DNA of 64,000 nucleotides from Marsupella aquatica. Taxonomy: Eukaryota; Plantae; Marchantiophyta. The notes under the pieces are model-generated. The model searched no databases, had not been told where the DNA came from, and was given only the letters and a program-made list of their open reading frames with translations. The position numbers and the translations under genes were made by a program. The stretch's first letter is position 1; each line of letters starts with the position of its first letter. The DNA lies in the NCBI GenBank assembly GCA_973895155.1, contig OZ316897.1, positions 4,248,211 to 4,312,210 on the forward strand. The letters run 5' to 3'. Shown here piece by piece: positions 28,515 through 39,035 of the stretch.

Positions 28515-28690
28515 TGTCGTGACATATAGTATCGTAGCCATAGTGTATCAAAAACATACAAGGCACCAACAATGCACATATGCAAGCTGCTAGCAACCAA
28601 CATGCATAGAAAAAGTCCCATCACATTTACAAGTGCCAAGAAAAAGCAAATGAAGTGGTATGTACGTAGTTGAGGTGTAAACCTCTATAT
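28515..28690 (-). repeat. Split direct repeat B1 (partner B2 at 27613-27790)
   Basis: About 176 bp with roughly 6 differences by eye. On the minus strand it is preceded by the purine-rich GGGGGGATATAGAGG. Confidence 0.9.
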
Positions 28691-28728
28691 CCCCCCAGAC
28701 CACAACCAAAAGGAGGGCTGAAGAATAT

Positions 28729-28881
28729 TCAGGTAGCACGTGGAGCACAACAAGGGCAAAACCATAACCCTTTTGGCACCTGGGTAAGTTCAGGCCAAAG
28801 GCAAAAAAGATGGTACCCTCCATTGCAATTGTCACACAACAGCATCTGGTCAACATCATCAATTCGCAAGTACACTTTGCA
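28729..28881 (-). other. PHD finger at the C-terminus of the integrase
   Basis: CKVYLRIDDVDQMLLCDNCNGGYHLFCLWPELTQVPKGLWFCPCC* is C4HC3 with the second Cys changed to Tyr; it is one frameshift from the integrase frame. Confidence 0.9.
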
Positions 28882-31800
28882 TGGGAATTCACAGGTGGGA
28901 TCCAAGTAGAAGTGACAATGGTGGGATCCAGGTTAGGCAGATGACAAGGGGCGCAATTCTTGGCATTGTCAACAATTGTGCGCCCATCTGCCCCTTGTAA
29001 CTTTAGCACTCTAGATGGTCGAATAGCCTTAACCCTGAGAATAGTATGACTGGTAGAGGTGTCCAGGGTGTCATTAGCTTGCCGCTGCAAATACACAAAA
29101 TCTCCCACTTCAAACTTCCTGACCTTGGGCTGAAAAGTGCCCCACATGTGTGTGCATAACGCAGTGTGTCCCTGTGCTGTGCAATGGCCAAACTCTCCAT
29201 GGCCATGGGCATAACCCTCCTGAATAGGGCAGCTCTCTCAAAGATCACATCAGACCAAGTTACAACTAAATCCAAGTCCACCACCTGAAGCATGTGAGCA
29301 GCAATAGCAGAAGGTGGAACTTGGTGACGACAAAACAACAAAAAGTAGGGAGAAAAGTTAGACAGTGATGCATGTCTAGACATCCTATACCCCATGGCAA
29401 TGTACGGTAAGGCCAGGTCCCAATCCTCCTTGTTTTTGGTGAGGCAAATCTTTCGGAGACCCTTCTTGCATGTCTGAACCATGCGCTCTGCCAAGCCATG
29501 TGCTTGTGGGTGATCTTGTGATGTCTAATGATGATCAATGAGGGCCTGATCAAGTAGCTCCTGGAACTCTCCTCTGAACTCTGATCCTTGGTCAATGAGA
29601 CATTTTGCACAAGCTCCAAAGCGGCTGAGAACTTGTTGAAGAAATGGCTTGGCTGGTGCTATGGGAGGTCTTATCCGGCAATGCCACAAGTTCTATCCAC
29701 TTAGAGAAATGCTCTATCATGATCATGATGTAGAGATTACCCCAAGATGTGAGGGGTAATTCTCCAGCCAAATCACATGACCAACGATAAAACATGCCCT
29801 GAATAGGGAGTGGATGAAGTGTGGGTTGTCGAGATGTGAAAGAAGTCCTTACCCTATCACACTGCTCACACCGGGCAATAACATCTCAAACCTGGTCATG
29901 CATGCCTCTCCAATGATAATGGGGAACCAAGAGGCTGTAAGTCCTCTTAACGCCAAAATGACCAAGCTCATAATGTACCTTACAGATAAGGCCAACCCTC
30001 TCATGAATGGGTGGAACCACCACTTCCTTGTCTGGCAAGCAGCGCACGGGATGATCTCCCTTCCACAAGTAACGCTTGGACCTCTGTTGAATTTGGTCTC
30101 TTTGGGCTGCAGTGACATGTGTGGGGTATTCTCCATGCTACAGAAATCTTAGAGTATCGTTGTCCTCTCATGTCCACCACGGGTGGGTCAACAACGTAGC
30201 ATGGTAGCAAAGCAAGATAGGTAGATGCATGAAATGTAGGCAAGATGGAACCCTAGTCAAACTCCTGCCGTGCATCTAAGGAATCATTAGAGGTAATCAA
30301 AGGGCTGCGAGACATAGTGTCAGCATTCTAATGTATCACACCAGACCTATGAATTACCTCAAAGTCATACTCCTGGAGTAAGAGTGCCCAACGATCAAGC
30401 TTGCCAGTAAGCTTGTCGTTAGTCATCAACCACTTCAAGGGCTAGTGGTCTGTGTAGAGATTAAACCTGGTCCCGTAGAGGTAGGGCCTGTAATGTATGA
30501 CAGCCCACACAATAGCAAGGCATTCACCCTCATAAAAAGAATAATGACTGTCTGTCTGATTGTTGCTCCTGGATGCATAGACAATGATGTATTCCTTACC
30601 TTCCTCATCATGCTGGCCCAGAATGGCACCAATCCCACGGGCACTGCAATCTATGAGTAGCACAAAGACCTTGCTGAAATCAGGTCTTCTCAACACAAGG
30701 TATTCTAAGAGCTTCTCCTTCAAAGTGGCAAATGCTGCCTCAACATCTGTACTCTATGTCCAAGTCACATTCTTTTTCAACAAAGAGTACAATGGGTGTG
30801 CAATGGTACTAAAATCTTTGATGTAGTCCGGTAATAATTGCACAACTCAATAAAGCACCTAAGAGTGTGAACATCAGTAGGAGTGGGCATCTCCAAGATG
30901 GATATCACCTTGGCCCAGTGAGCCATGGTTCCATTTGGAAGAATGCGATGCCCAAGATATACTACTGATTTGACAGCAAATTCATACTTCTTGGGGTGTA
31001 TCTTTAGGTTCACTTTCTTAAGCCTCATGAATAGCTCCTCAAGGTCAAGTAGATGCTGGTCAAATCCTTGTTATGGACCAACACATCATCAATGTAGCAT
31101 TTCAGAAACTCAGCACCTTGAAGAACCTGGTCCATGACTCTTTGAAAGAATATGGGTGCATTCTTCAAGCCAAATGGCATCACTAATCACTCCCATAGTT
31201 GGTTACTACCATGGAAAGTTGTTTTCTTGTGATCCTTTGTAAGCAGCAAAATCTGGTTAAAAGCCTTGCCTTAGATCCACAAGAGTGAAGATGTCTGAGT
31301 CTCCAATGCTATCAAATAGCTCCTTTGGCCGTGGCATGGGGTATCTGTCCTGGGGTGTGACCAGGTTCAGTGGCCTGTAGTCCCCACACATGCGCTTCTC
31401 TGTCCATAATCCATTGGAATCCTTCTTTGTTGGCATCACTATAGCTGCTGCAAAAACTGATGATGGCTGAATAAGACCAGCTTCATAGAGCTCTTGGCAC
31501 CTCTCATCCACCAGCTGCCACTCATGCTTACTCAAACGGTGTCTCCGCCTAAAGATAGGTGTTTCATCAGCCAACACAATGGAGAACTGCATAGTCTTGC
31601 ACTTACCCAAGTCCTTCATAGAGAAAGCAACACGCTAGATCATGCTTGAGGAGCAAATTCAGCAGCTGGTCCTTCTATCTTTTACTCAAGTGGTTGTCCA
31701 TGATGAATGTGTAGTTGGCAACACTAGGAATCGGACCTGATGTACTTGTGCTTGAAGAACCACAAGTGCTAGCCTCTTCACTGTCCAAGCTACTAGCATG

Positions 31801-32069
31801 CTGCTGATAAGGTGATGAGGCCTCTCCAAGGCCAGTTGTATATGTTGCTGTGGTCTGATCCACACCATGAAACTCAGAAATAATGTCAGCCACATTACAA
31901 GGGACCTCCTCCCCCCCAACACGGGCTGAAGCGGTGAGTGTTGAATAGAGGTAAGTGCACCTAGTCTGGATGCCATGTAATAGCACCATGGAGTGGTAGG
32001 GCTGGAACTCCTGATACTGGATGAATCATGTACATCTGAAAAAGGATGCAAGTGACCAGAAGCCAAATG

Positions 32070-33000
32070 AGAGCATTAAGATCCATCACCCTGCCAAGTA
32101 AAGCATTCTTGGCCAGCCTGGTGATTTTGGTGTGGCCTCTAGTATCGGGTTGGAAGCCCATAGCCCGTACTCTCTCCTCAAGACTAGGTTCATCCCATGT
32201 ACCGGTAGAATGTTGATAAACCAAGCTAGGACCATCACCTTGAAAAGCATGTGCACCTGGAAAGGACACAAATGTAGGCCAAGCAGCACGGGGCTCTCTA
32301 ACGGTATTGGTTGGATACCAAGGGGCTGGTTCTTGCCGTGTAACTGGTTGGCAAGAACTATCAAGATCCAAAATTTGGTCCACTGTGAGGTTAGTGTCCA
32401 CTGGATGTGTGGTGAAGAGCTAACTCCAGCAAGGAAGGTGGTGCAAGGTTAGTCCAAAAGTTACAAAGACGATGTGCATAAGAACCATAATGCACTGCAT
32501 CAATGAGAAGGGGTGGTCCCAAGTAGTGTTGGACCACACTGAAATCCTCTTTGACCTGTGGACGCTGTTCAAACTAAGATGGAGTATTCTCAATGATATA
32601 ACCAATAGCAAGGTAAAGGGATTGAGCCCAGATAAGAACCTAAACCAATGCTGTGAAAAGGCCAGAACGAGAATCATGCAGTCCAGCACCGTGACCAGCA
32701 GCTGAAAACCCTTGGCATTCCCAACCAGCTATGATTAAATCAAGGGAGCCAAGAAGGGTTAAGTGTCGGTGCTGGACAAGCTGGATATCTGGGGGAAAGA
32801 AAGAAAATGTAGACTTCCATGCTTTGTGTGGAAACTGCTGGGAAAATTGTTCTGAAAATTCCAGCAGATGGGATTCAGCCACTTGCCTTGCACCTGGATC
32901 AATGTCCACGTAGATGTACTATTTTACCACCATGCCGGACTGTAGGAGAGCTTCCAGGCCTGTAGAAATGCCACCAAAAAGCTCAAGCAATGTAAGGTCA
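32070..33000 (-). pseudogene. Retroelement-encoded C5 cytosine DNA methyltransferase domain (DNMT3-like), disrupted
   Basis: Motif I LLELFGGISTG, II YVDID, III PDI, IV DLIIAGWECQGFS, V LHDSRSGLF, VI IIEN, VIII DAVHYGSYAHRLCNFWTNL, IX EERVRAMGF, X KNALLGRVMD. Stops at 32919, 32640 and ~32575, and a frameshift near 32400. Confidence 0.9.
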
Positions 33001-36000
33001 TCCGGAGTAGGAATCCATGTAACTGGTGCACTCAAGATTGGAGTTGTTGGCTGTCCATTGTGCTGCCCAAGGTCTTCAAACTTGCGCAATGCAACCACCA
33101 AAGGTCCATGGGCTGCTTGGAGCCGTTGTACCACCTCTGGTTGATGATCCACGTTGCTAGAAAGTGCTGCTATATATGCAACAACATGTGTAGCAGCCAC
33201 CTCATTGTCATCCTCCTCAATCCAATCCTGCAATGGATGGTTGACGTAGGTAGCTGTGTGCACTTCTTTCAACACATAATGGTGAGCCATGGGTGTATGG
33301 GCACCATGTAGATCAAGGGGAATATAGCCCAAGTGCGAGCTATCAGTATGCCAATCAACTCTGTAGTATGCATGCTCATGCCAATTGTCAATGGTGAAAC
33401 CTGGTGAGAACAAAGCCTCATGATCAATGGAGCACATTATACGTAGTGGCATTAATTTTGTAACCAAACATCTGACTGGGAAATGAAGTTCCTGATCTGT
33501 ACCTCCATTAAAAGTGAGGGTGAGTAAAGTAGAACTCTCACCCAACACGTCCTCCACAGTGCCACTAGCAGTCCGAATGTGCCACCTGGATTGCTGTAAA
33601 TGATCAGTCAATAGTCCCATCTTCTTGGCAAACTGAATGCCCAAGATCACTGGTTGAGTGTCTGTGTCTAGCATGACCACTTGAGGAGTGTGACCCTCCA
33701 ACTTGACCGCTGAATTCCTGTTGTCAACAATGACAATGGTGGTGGAAACTGAAGTCCTGTTACTAGGCACCACTTTTGGCAAATGATGAGGTATTTTGTG
33801 AAGGGAGTTAGTATCCACGGTCTTCCCACTCAACAGTATAGTCAAGAAAGATGGTCCCATAACCAGAATCAAGTGTGGCTCTAGTCACACAATCTGCAGC
33901 AATACTGTCATCTCTACCACTGGAAATTGGTACTTGGATAGCCAAACCAGTGGAAGCATGTAATGGAGAAGAAGGTCCAGTATGTATATGAGATTGGACC
34001 TCCAAAACCGGTGTCACAGGGGCTGATGATGAATATAGTGAGCCCTCTAGCGCTCTGATGATAGCTCTAGCATCCAGTTGTAAATCATGGCAACTGAAAA
34101 GTGGAGTTGTAAGAATCCTTTGTGCCATACTGGAGATGAAATGCTCAAACAACTGAGGAGAAACAACTCCCTGTGAAATGTCAGCAACACCCGGTGGTGG
34201 AATGGATGTAGTTGTAGCTCCCTCCCACCTCGCCAACAAGGTGCGCTCTTTAGCAAGCATGAGTGGCTGAAAAGATTGGGGTATAACAGCCCAAGCTCAT
34301 TTGGCTCTAGTCATAGGACCGGCAGCAAGACCATTAGCCTGTACAATGCGGCATGTGGGAGCAATATGGGAGGCAGCATTGGCCTGCTAGTAAGCAAAAT
34401 AGGATGGGCAGAATGAATCTGAAAATTCTGCTGTAAGACCAGGCTGTATAGCAGAGGACAACAAACACTCACCCATATGAGCATCAAATGGCAAGCCATA
34501 GAAAGAGCGGGGTAGAGGTGCTAAACTATCAGTGGTGCCTGGGCCAGGGATGAGTTGCACGTGACCAGCCGGTTGAGAAGGACCAGTAGAGGTAGTTGAC
34601 TTGCCTTTGATGTTGGCAAGTTGGGCACGTAAGGATTCAACCTCATGAGTTAGAGATTGAAGTTGAGTTGCCTGTGTGTTGTGAGCCTCCTTTTGAGCTG
34701 GTTGCTTCTGTTGCAGCTTGGGCGATTTGTTGGCACCACGTGCTTTGCCACTGGAAGGAGGAGCAACTGAGGCAATAGGAGCCCTCCTAGCTGGTGGGGG
34801 AGTGGAAGCAGGAGCAAGATGAGTGGCTTGCTGTTGTAGCTACTTTCTCTCTGGGAATTTGGCAAAATAAACTACCTCCAAGTGGCCCTCTTTCTCGCAA
34901 AAATCACAAGACAGATCCTCAGTAACAATGTCACATTCATTAGCCTTGTGATTAGGGTTACCACAGTAGTTGCAAGATGGCAGCATGTGCTGGCTTGGTC
35001 TTGGAATAATACTGTGGCACAAAAAAAAGATGGCTAGTGTAGGGGCAACAGCCTGGTACCTAGATTACGGTGGATGCGCAATACTGGCCTCATAATGTGC
35101 ATGGGCCAACTCAAGTTTCTCAGCAGTATCATAGACATTGAGCAATGTGTAGCTGTCTCCAAACTCTAAGAATACTTGTTGCAACACTTGCAAATAGAGA
35201 GCTGTGTGCCTTTCAATGCACGAAGATAGCGATGAGCAGCCTCCAAGTCTGTGATGCTCTGAGTGTCCTACTTCAACTTGAGAAGCCAACAATATATCAT
35301 CTTCAATGTTTCATCGCGTTGTCTCACAAAGGTGGCCAACTGCATGATTTTGTCAGCACTCTTGATTGGAAATTCCAATTCAAGAACTTGGAAAAACTCA
35401 GCCACTGGATCAACAAAGGCAGGGGAATCAATGGTGGGAGAAATGCCTGATGTAGCTTGTGCCAAGATAGTGAAAGTAATTGGTGCAGTGGTAGGAACTA
35501 GAGTAGGAGGGGAAGTGGTAGGAGCAGTAGCATGGGCTGCAATGGCATTCTGTAATGCCAGTTGTGAGGCAACCGCAATTGCACTAGCATAGACAAGGTT
35601 AGGCAATTGCGTGACAGCAACCAGCCATTGAGAATGCTGCTCATACACATCCAAAGCCTCATGGTGCACATACTCGACTAGCTGCTTAAATGCAAATGCA
35701 TTTGTGAAATTGCTGCCGTACTTCAAATCCAATTTGTAAATGACAGTAGAAAGTGGATTTGAACTCACGCAAAGAAATAGTGCTTGGCCGCCCGCTGAAA
35801 CGCTCAATGCGACCAGATGAGTGGCTGGCATCCATGCTGTATGTCGGTGAAGCAGGGACAACCACTGATGGAGAAGGAGTAAAGGGCAAAGAAGCAATAG
35901 CAGGCTTTGGGGTAGTGGTATGGGTGTTGCTACTATCTGTTGACGTCGTCAAAATTTTTGAGACTCCAATGAAATTGGCACCAACGGTCGTGGATCACTC

Positions 36001-37807
36001 CGCAAGTGGTACTTGGGTGTCGGTGGTGATGAGCTGCTACGACTCGGCTCCTCTGTTGACATGGTGCATGCTCACCTGGGGTGCCGATGGGAAAGAAACT
36101 GACAAGAAAAAGAAATGGCAGCCCCAAGGCTAGGAAATGAAATCCACAAAGGAAACAAACAATGCGAGGCAAAAATGTGTAGAATGTGTAAGCACCAAGA
36201 AACCGTCAAAGTCTATGCAGATGACATGTGGCGACAACAAAGAAATCCGGAAGAATGGGCCCTTGAAAACGTGAATAGGGGCCCCCCTTAAGTGTATACA
36301 CATCGGACCTAAATTGCCCCCGTTGTGTATACATATCGCGCGTCAGAATAAGCGACCGAGTGGGGACCGGCGCACACGGCCCTATGCAGAGTGTTGCCCC
36401 GTGTAGGTTGCGCAGTGAATGGCGACCATGGCCGGTAAAAGAAAAGTCGATCGGAAGTAGGTCACAGCCAGAAAGAAGTAGGTCACGGCCCGAAGGAAGT
36501 CACAATTGGGAAAAATGTTGGAATGGAGTCGTGGGGAGTGCACGCGGCCCTATGCACTTCCGTATGTGTATACACAGGGGAGCGGGTGGCAGGGAGAAAG
36601 ACAATGACAAAAAAGGGAGGACCAGGCACAAATGACAAGGCAAAAAGAAAACAAAAAAGGTGAGGCAAGCAAAAAGAAACTGGCCCCTTAATGGGGTCGA
36701 GCCCTGCATAGGGCTTTGCACCCCCCCTTGCAAGCTTCCAAAGAGGAGCTATGAGCCCCCTCCCCTCTTTTAATGATTCCTTTTGGGCCTCATGCCCTGG
36801 CAGGAGGACTCCCGTGAGATGGGAGTCAAATCTCTCCCCACTCTCCTGCTTTAAATGCCCTCCTTGAATGCCTGGCAAAAGGACTCTTGAGGGAAGGAGT
36901 CGTATGTACTCCCTCCTCTTAATGCATCATAGGGCCTTGTGCCCCCTCCTTGCACTCATGCCTTGGCTGGGGGTGAAAATCTACTCTTGAGAGAAGGGAG
37001 TCGCTCCCCCTTTCCTCTTAATGTTGTATAGGGCTTTGTGCTTTTTCCTGGCACTTGCTTCCCCCTCCCTTTTTTAATTTGCCATAGGGCCTCGTGCCCT
37101 CCATCTCGTCCCGCTAGCTTGTGCTCGGCCACAGGCAAAATCTGGCAACGGTAGGAAACTAGCAGCGGCAGGAAAAGAGGAAAGAAAAATGTCAAGGCTG
37201 GCAAGGCAAAAAGGAGAACAAGGGGCAAAAGAAAATGGGCACGCAGCCCTATGCAGTCAGAAGGTGATTGCGCGGTGGCCGAGGCGAGCGAGCGAGCCTA
37301 GGTAAGGCGCAGTGGCAGAGGTTGCGGCTGCAATCGGAAAGTAAAACTTTGGCCCCTTGTTGCCTATGTGTATACACATGCATTGCCGCAAGCCGTCGGA
37401 AAGGGCGCACGGCCTTATGCATTCAAGAGGCCAGCAAACACCAAAAAATGGCCCAAATAAGCACCGAAAAAGGTCATGGATGGGTTGCGACAGTCGGCAG
37501 TCGATACAGCAATCGACAGCTTATAGGTTGCGGCCAGTAAAGAAAAACTTGGGCTGCTGAAAACACAAAACCTCCCGGAAATGAGAAGCGCTCCCCTTGT
37601 CTCCTCCTGGGTGTACTGCGCCAGTCCGAGAGTTTAAGTGTATACACATAAATGATGTGTATCCAAAGAAAAATCTAACTCTAACCCCATCGCCTGATTT
37701 TTCTTCAAGAAATTCCACTAGCTTTGACAAAAATTGTCTAAACCGACATGAGTAGCTGAGAAGCACAACGTCTCCAATCTTCTTCCCTTCACCAGAGTTC
37801 TTCTTGA

Positions 37808-38201
37808 ATAAAAGGTGCAAGAGAAACAATCGTACTGAAATTGAATCAAAAACTGGTGGGATGCTCCCGGCCGATCTTGGCACTTGGCATCCCACCAGTT
37901 TTCGATTCAAGTGGGAGCAAAGTTCGCTTGCTTAGGGCATGTCTTTCTTTGTTGGTTTTTAGTTTTTCTTGAATGGCTGTTGACAGAGCTCAGACAGTGC
38001 TCATAAGTTCCGGACACGGGATTCAAGTGGGAGCAAAGTCCTGGCGTCACACTAACAAGCACGTTTGCTTCAAGAACGTTTGGAATTTGCTATAAGAACA
38101 TGTCGTTAACTCAAGTAGTACACTAGCCCTAACTACAATACCTAGCGGGCATGCGAGGGACATGCCGATGTGCACAAGAGACACTATCCCTCGGCATGAC
38201 A
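37808..38201 (-). repeat. Split direct repeat A1 (partner A2 at 27789-28512)
   Basis: 38030-38201 aligns with 27975-28135 plus 28497-28512, and 37808-37864 aligns with 27789-27845. The middle part is inverted between copies. Confidence 0.85.
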
Positions 38202-38479
38202 TCTGGGCCATCATCTCGATAATGTGCTTCATTTCCTGCATCTGATGCATATTGCTCAACAATAGGCTCCTCAGGGTCAACATCAAATTCAAGATCTAAA
38301 TCCAATGCAGTCTCGCATGCAACCTACAAATTACAAAAAATAGATAAAACCCTAAACAATAATATATAGTGTATAAAGAATGATGGTAAAAGCAATCATA
38401 CTAATAATTATGAATAAAAGAGTATAGAAACCAGAGTACTTAGACCAGAATACCATATTTTAATTTTATTCATATATCT

Positions 38480-39035
38480 GGTTGTGAGTAGTCTGGGTAA
38501 ACTTTACAAGAAAAAATCCAAACCCTAACCAATAGTTTTGCATGCAAAAGAAATAAATATTACAAGAATTTTTGGCAAAACAAAAACCCGAAGCAATAGT
38601 TTTATATTTAGGAAGGTAGGTTTATATTTTGTTTTGTCATTATTGGATGTGAGTAATATGAGGTAAATTTACAGAAATGAACAGAAACCCTAAGCAATAG
38701 TTTTGCATCTAAAACAACATAAACCTAGTAGTTAGATCCTATGAACATTTAGGAAAGTAAATTCATAATTATTTTTGTCATTATTGGATGTGAGTAGTAT
38801 GAGATAAATTTACAGGAATGAACAGAAACTCTAAGCAATAATTTTGCATCTAAAACAACATAAACCTAGTAGTTAGACCCTAGGAATATTTAGGAAGGTA
38901 AGTCTATATTTTATTTTGTCAGTATTGGATGTGAGTAGTATGAGGCAAATTTACAGGAATGAACAAAAGCCCTAAGCAATAATTGTGCATGTAAAACAAA
39001 ATGAACCTAGTATAACTTACATCCTAAACATTTAG
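38480..39035. repeat. 141-bp tandem repeat, about 3 copies plus a degenerate one
   Basis: TTTTGTCA(T/G)TATTGGATGTGAGTA recurs at ~38632, 38773 and 38914. Confidence 0.85.

Larger units (their letters stand above)
27613..38201 (-). mobile_element. Ty3/gypsy-like retroelement with DNMT3-like methyltransferase, PHD finger and split direct repeats; degenerate copy
   Basis: TGTCATG...CACGACA termini with TSD TCTG (27609-27612 and 38202-38205). Domains: gag with CX2CX4HX4C knuckles (~34860-34980), protease MLDTD (~33670), C5-MTase (33000-32070), RT CYIDD (~31090), RNase H, HHCC plus DDE integrase, and PHD. Confidence 0.92.

Noticed and set aside
32070-33000. Host DRM/DNMT3 gene or bacterial contamination
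   Set aside because: It is intronless, in frame with the retroviral protease, has non-permuted motifs and lies inside TSD-bounded element ends.
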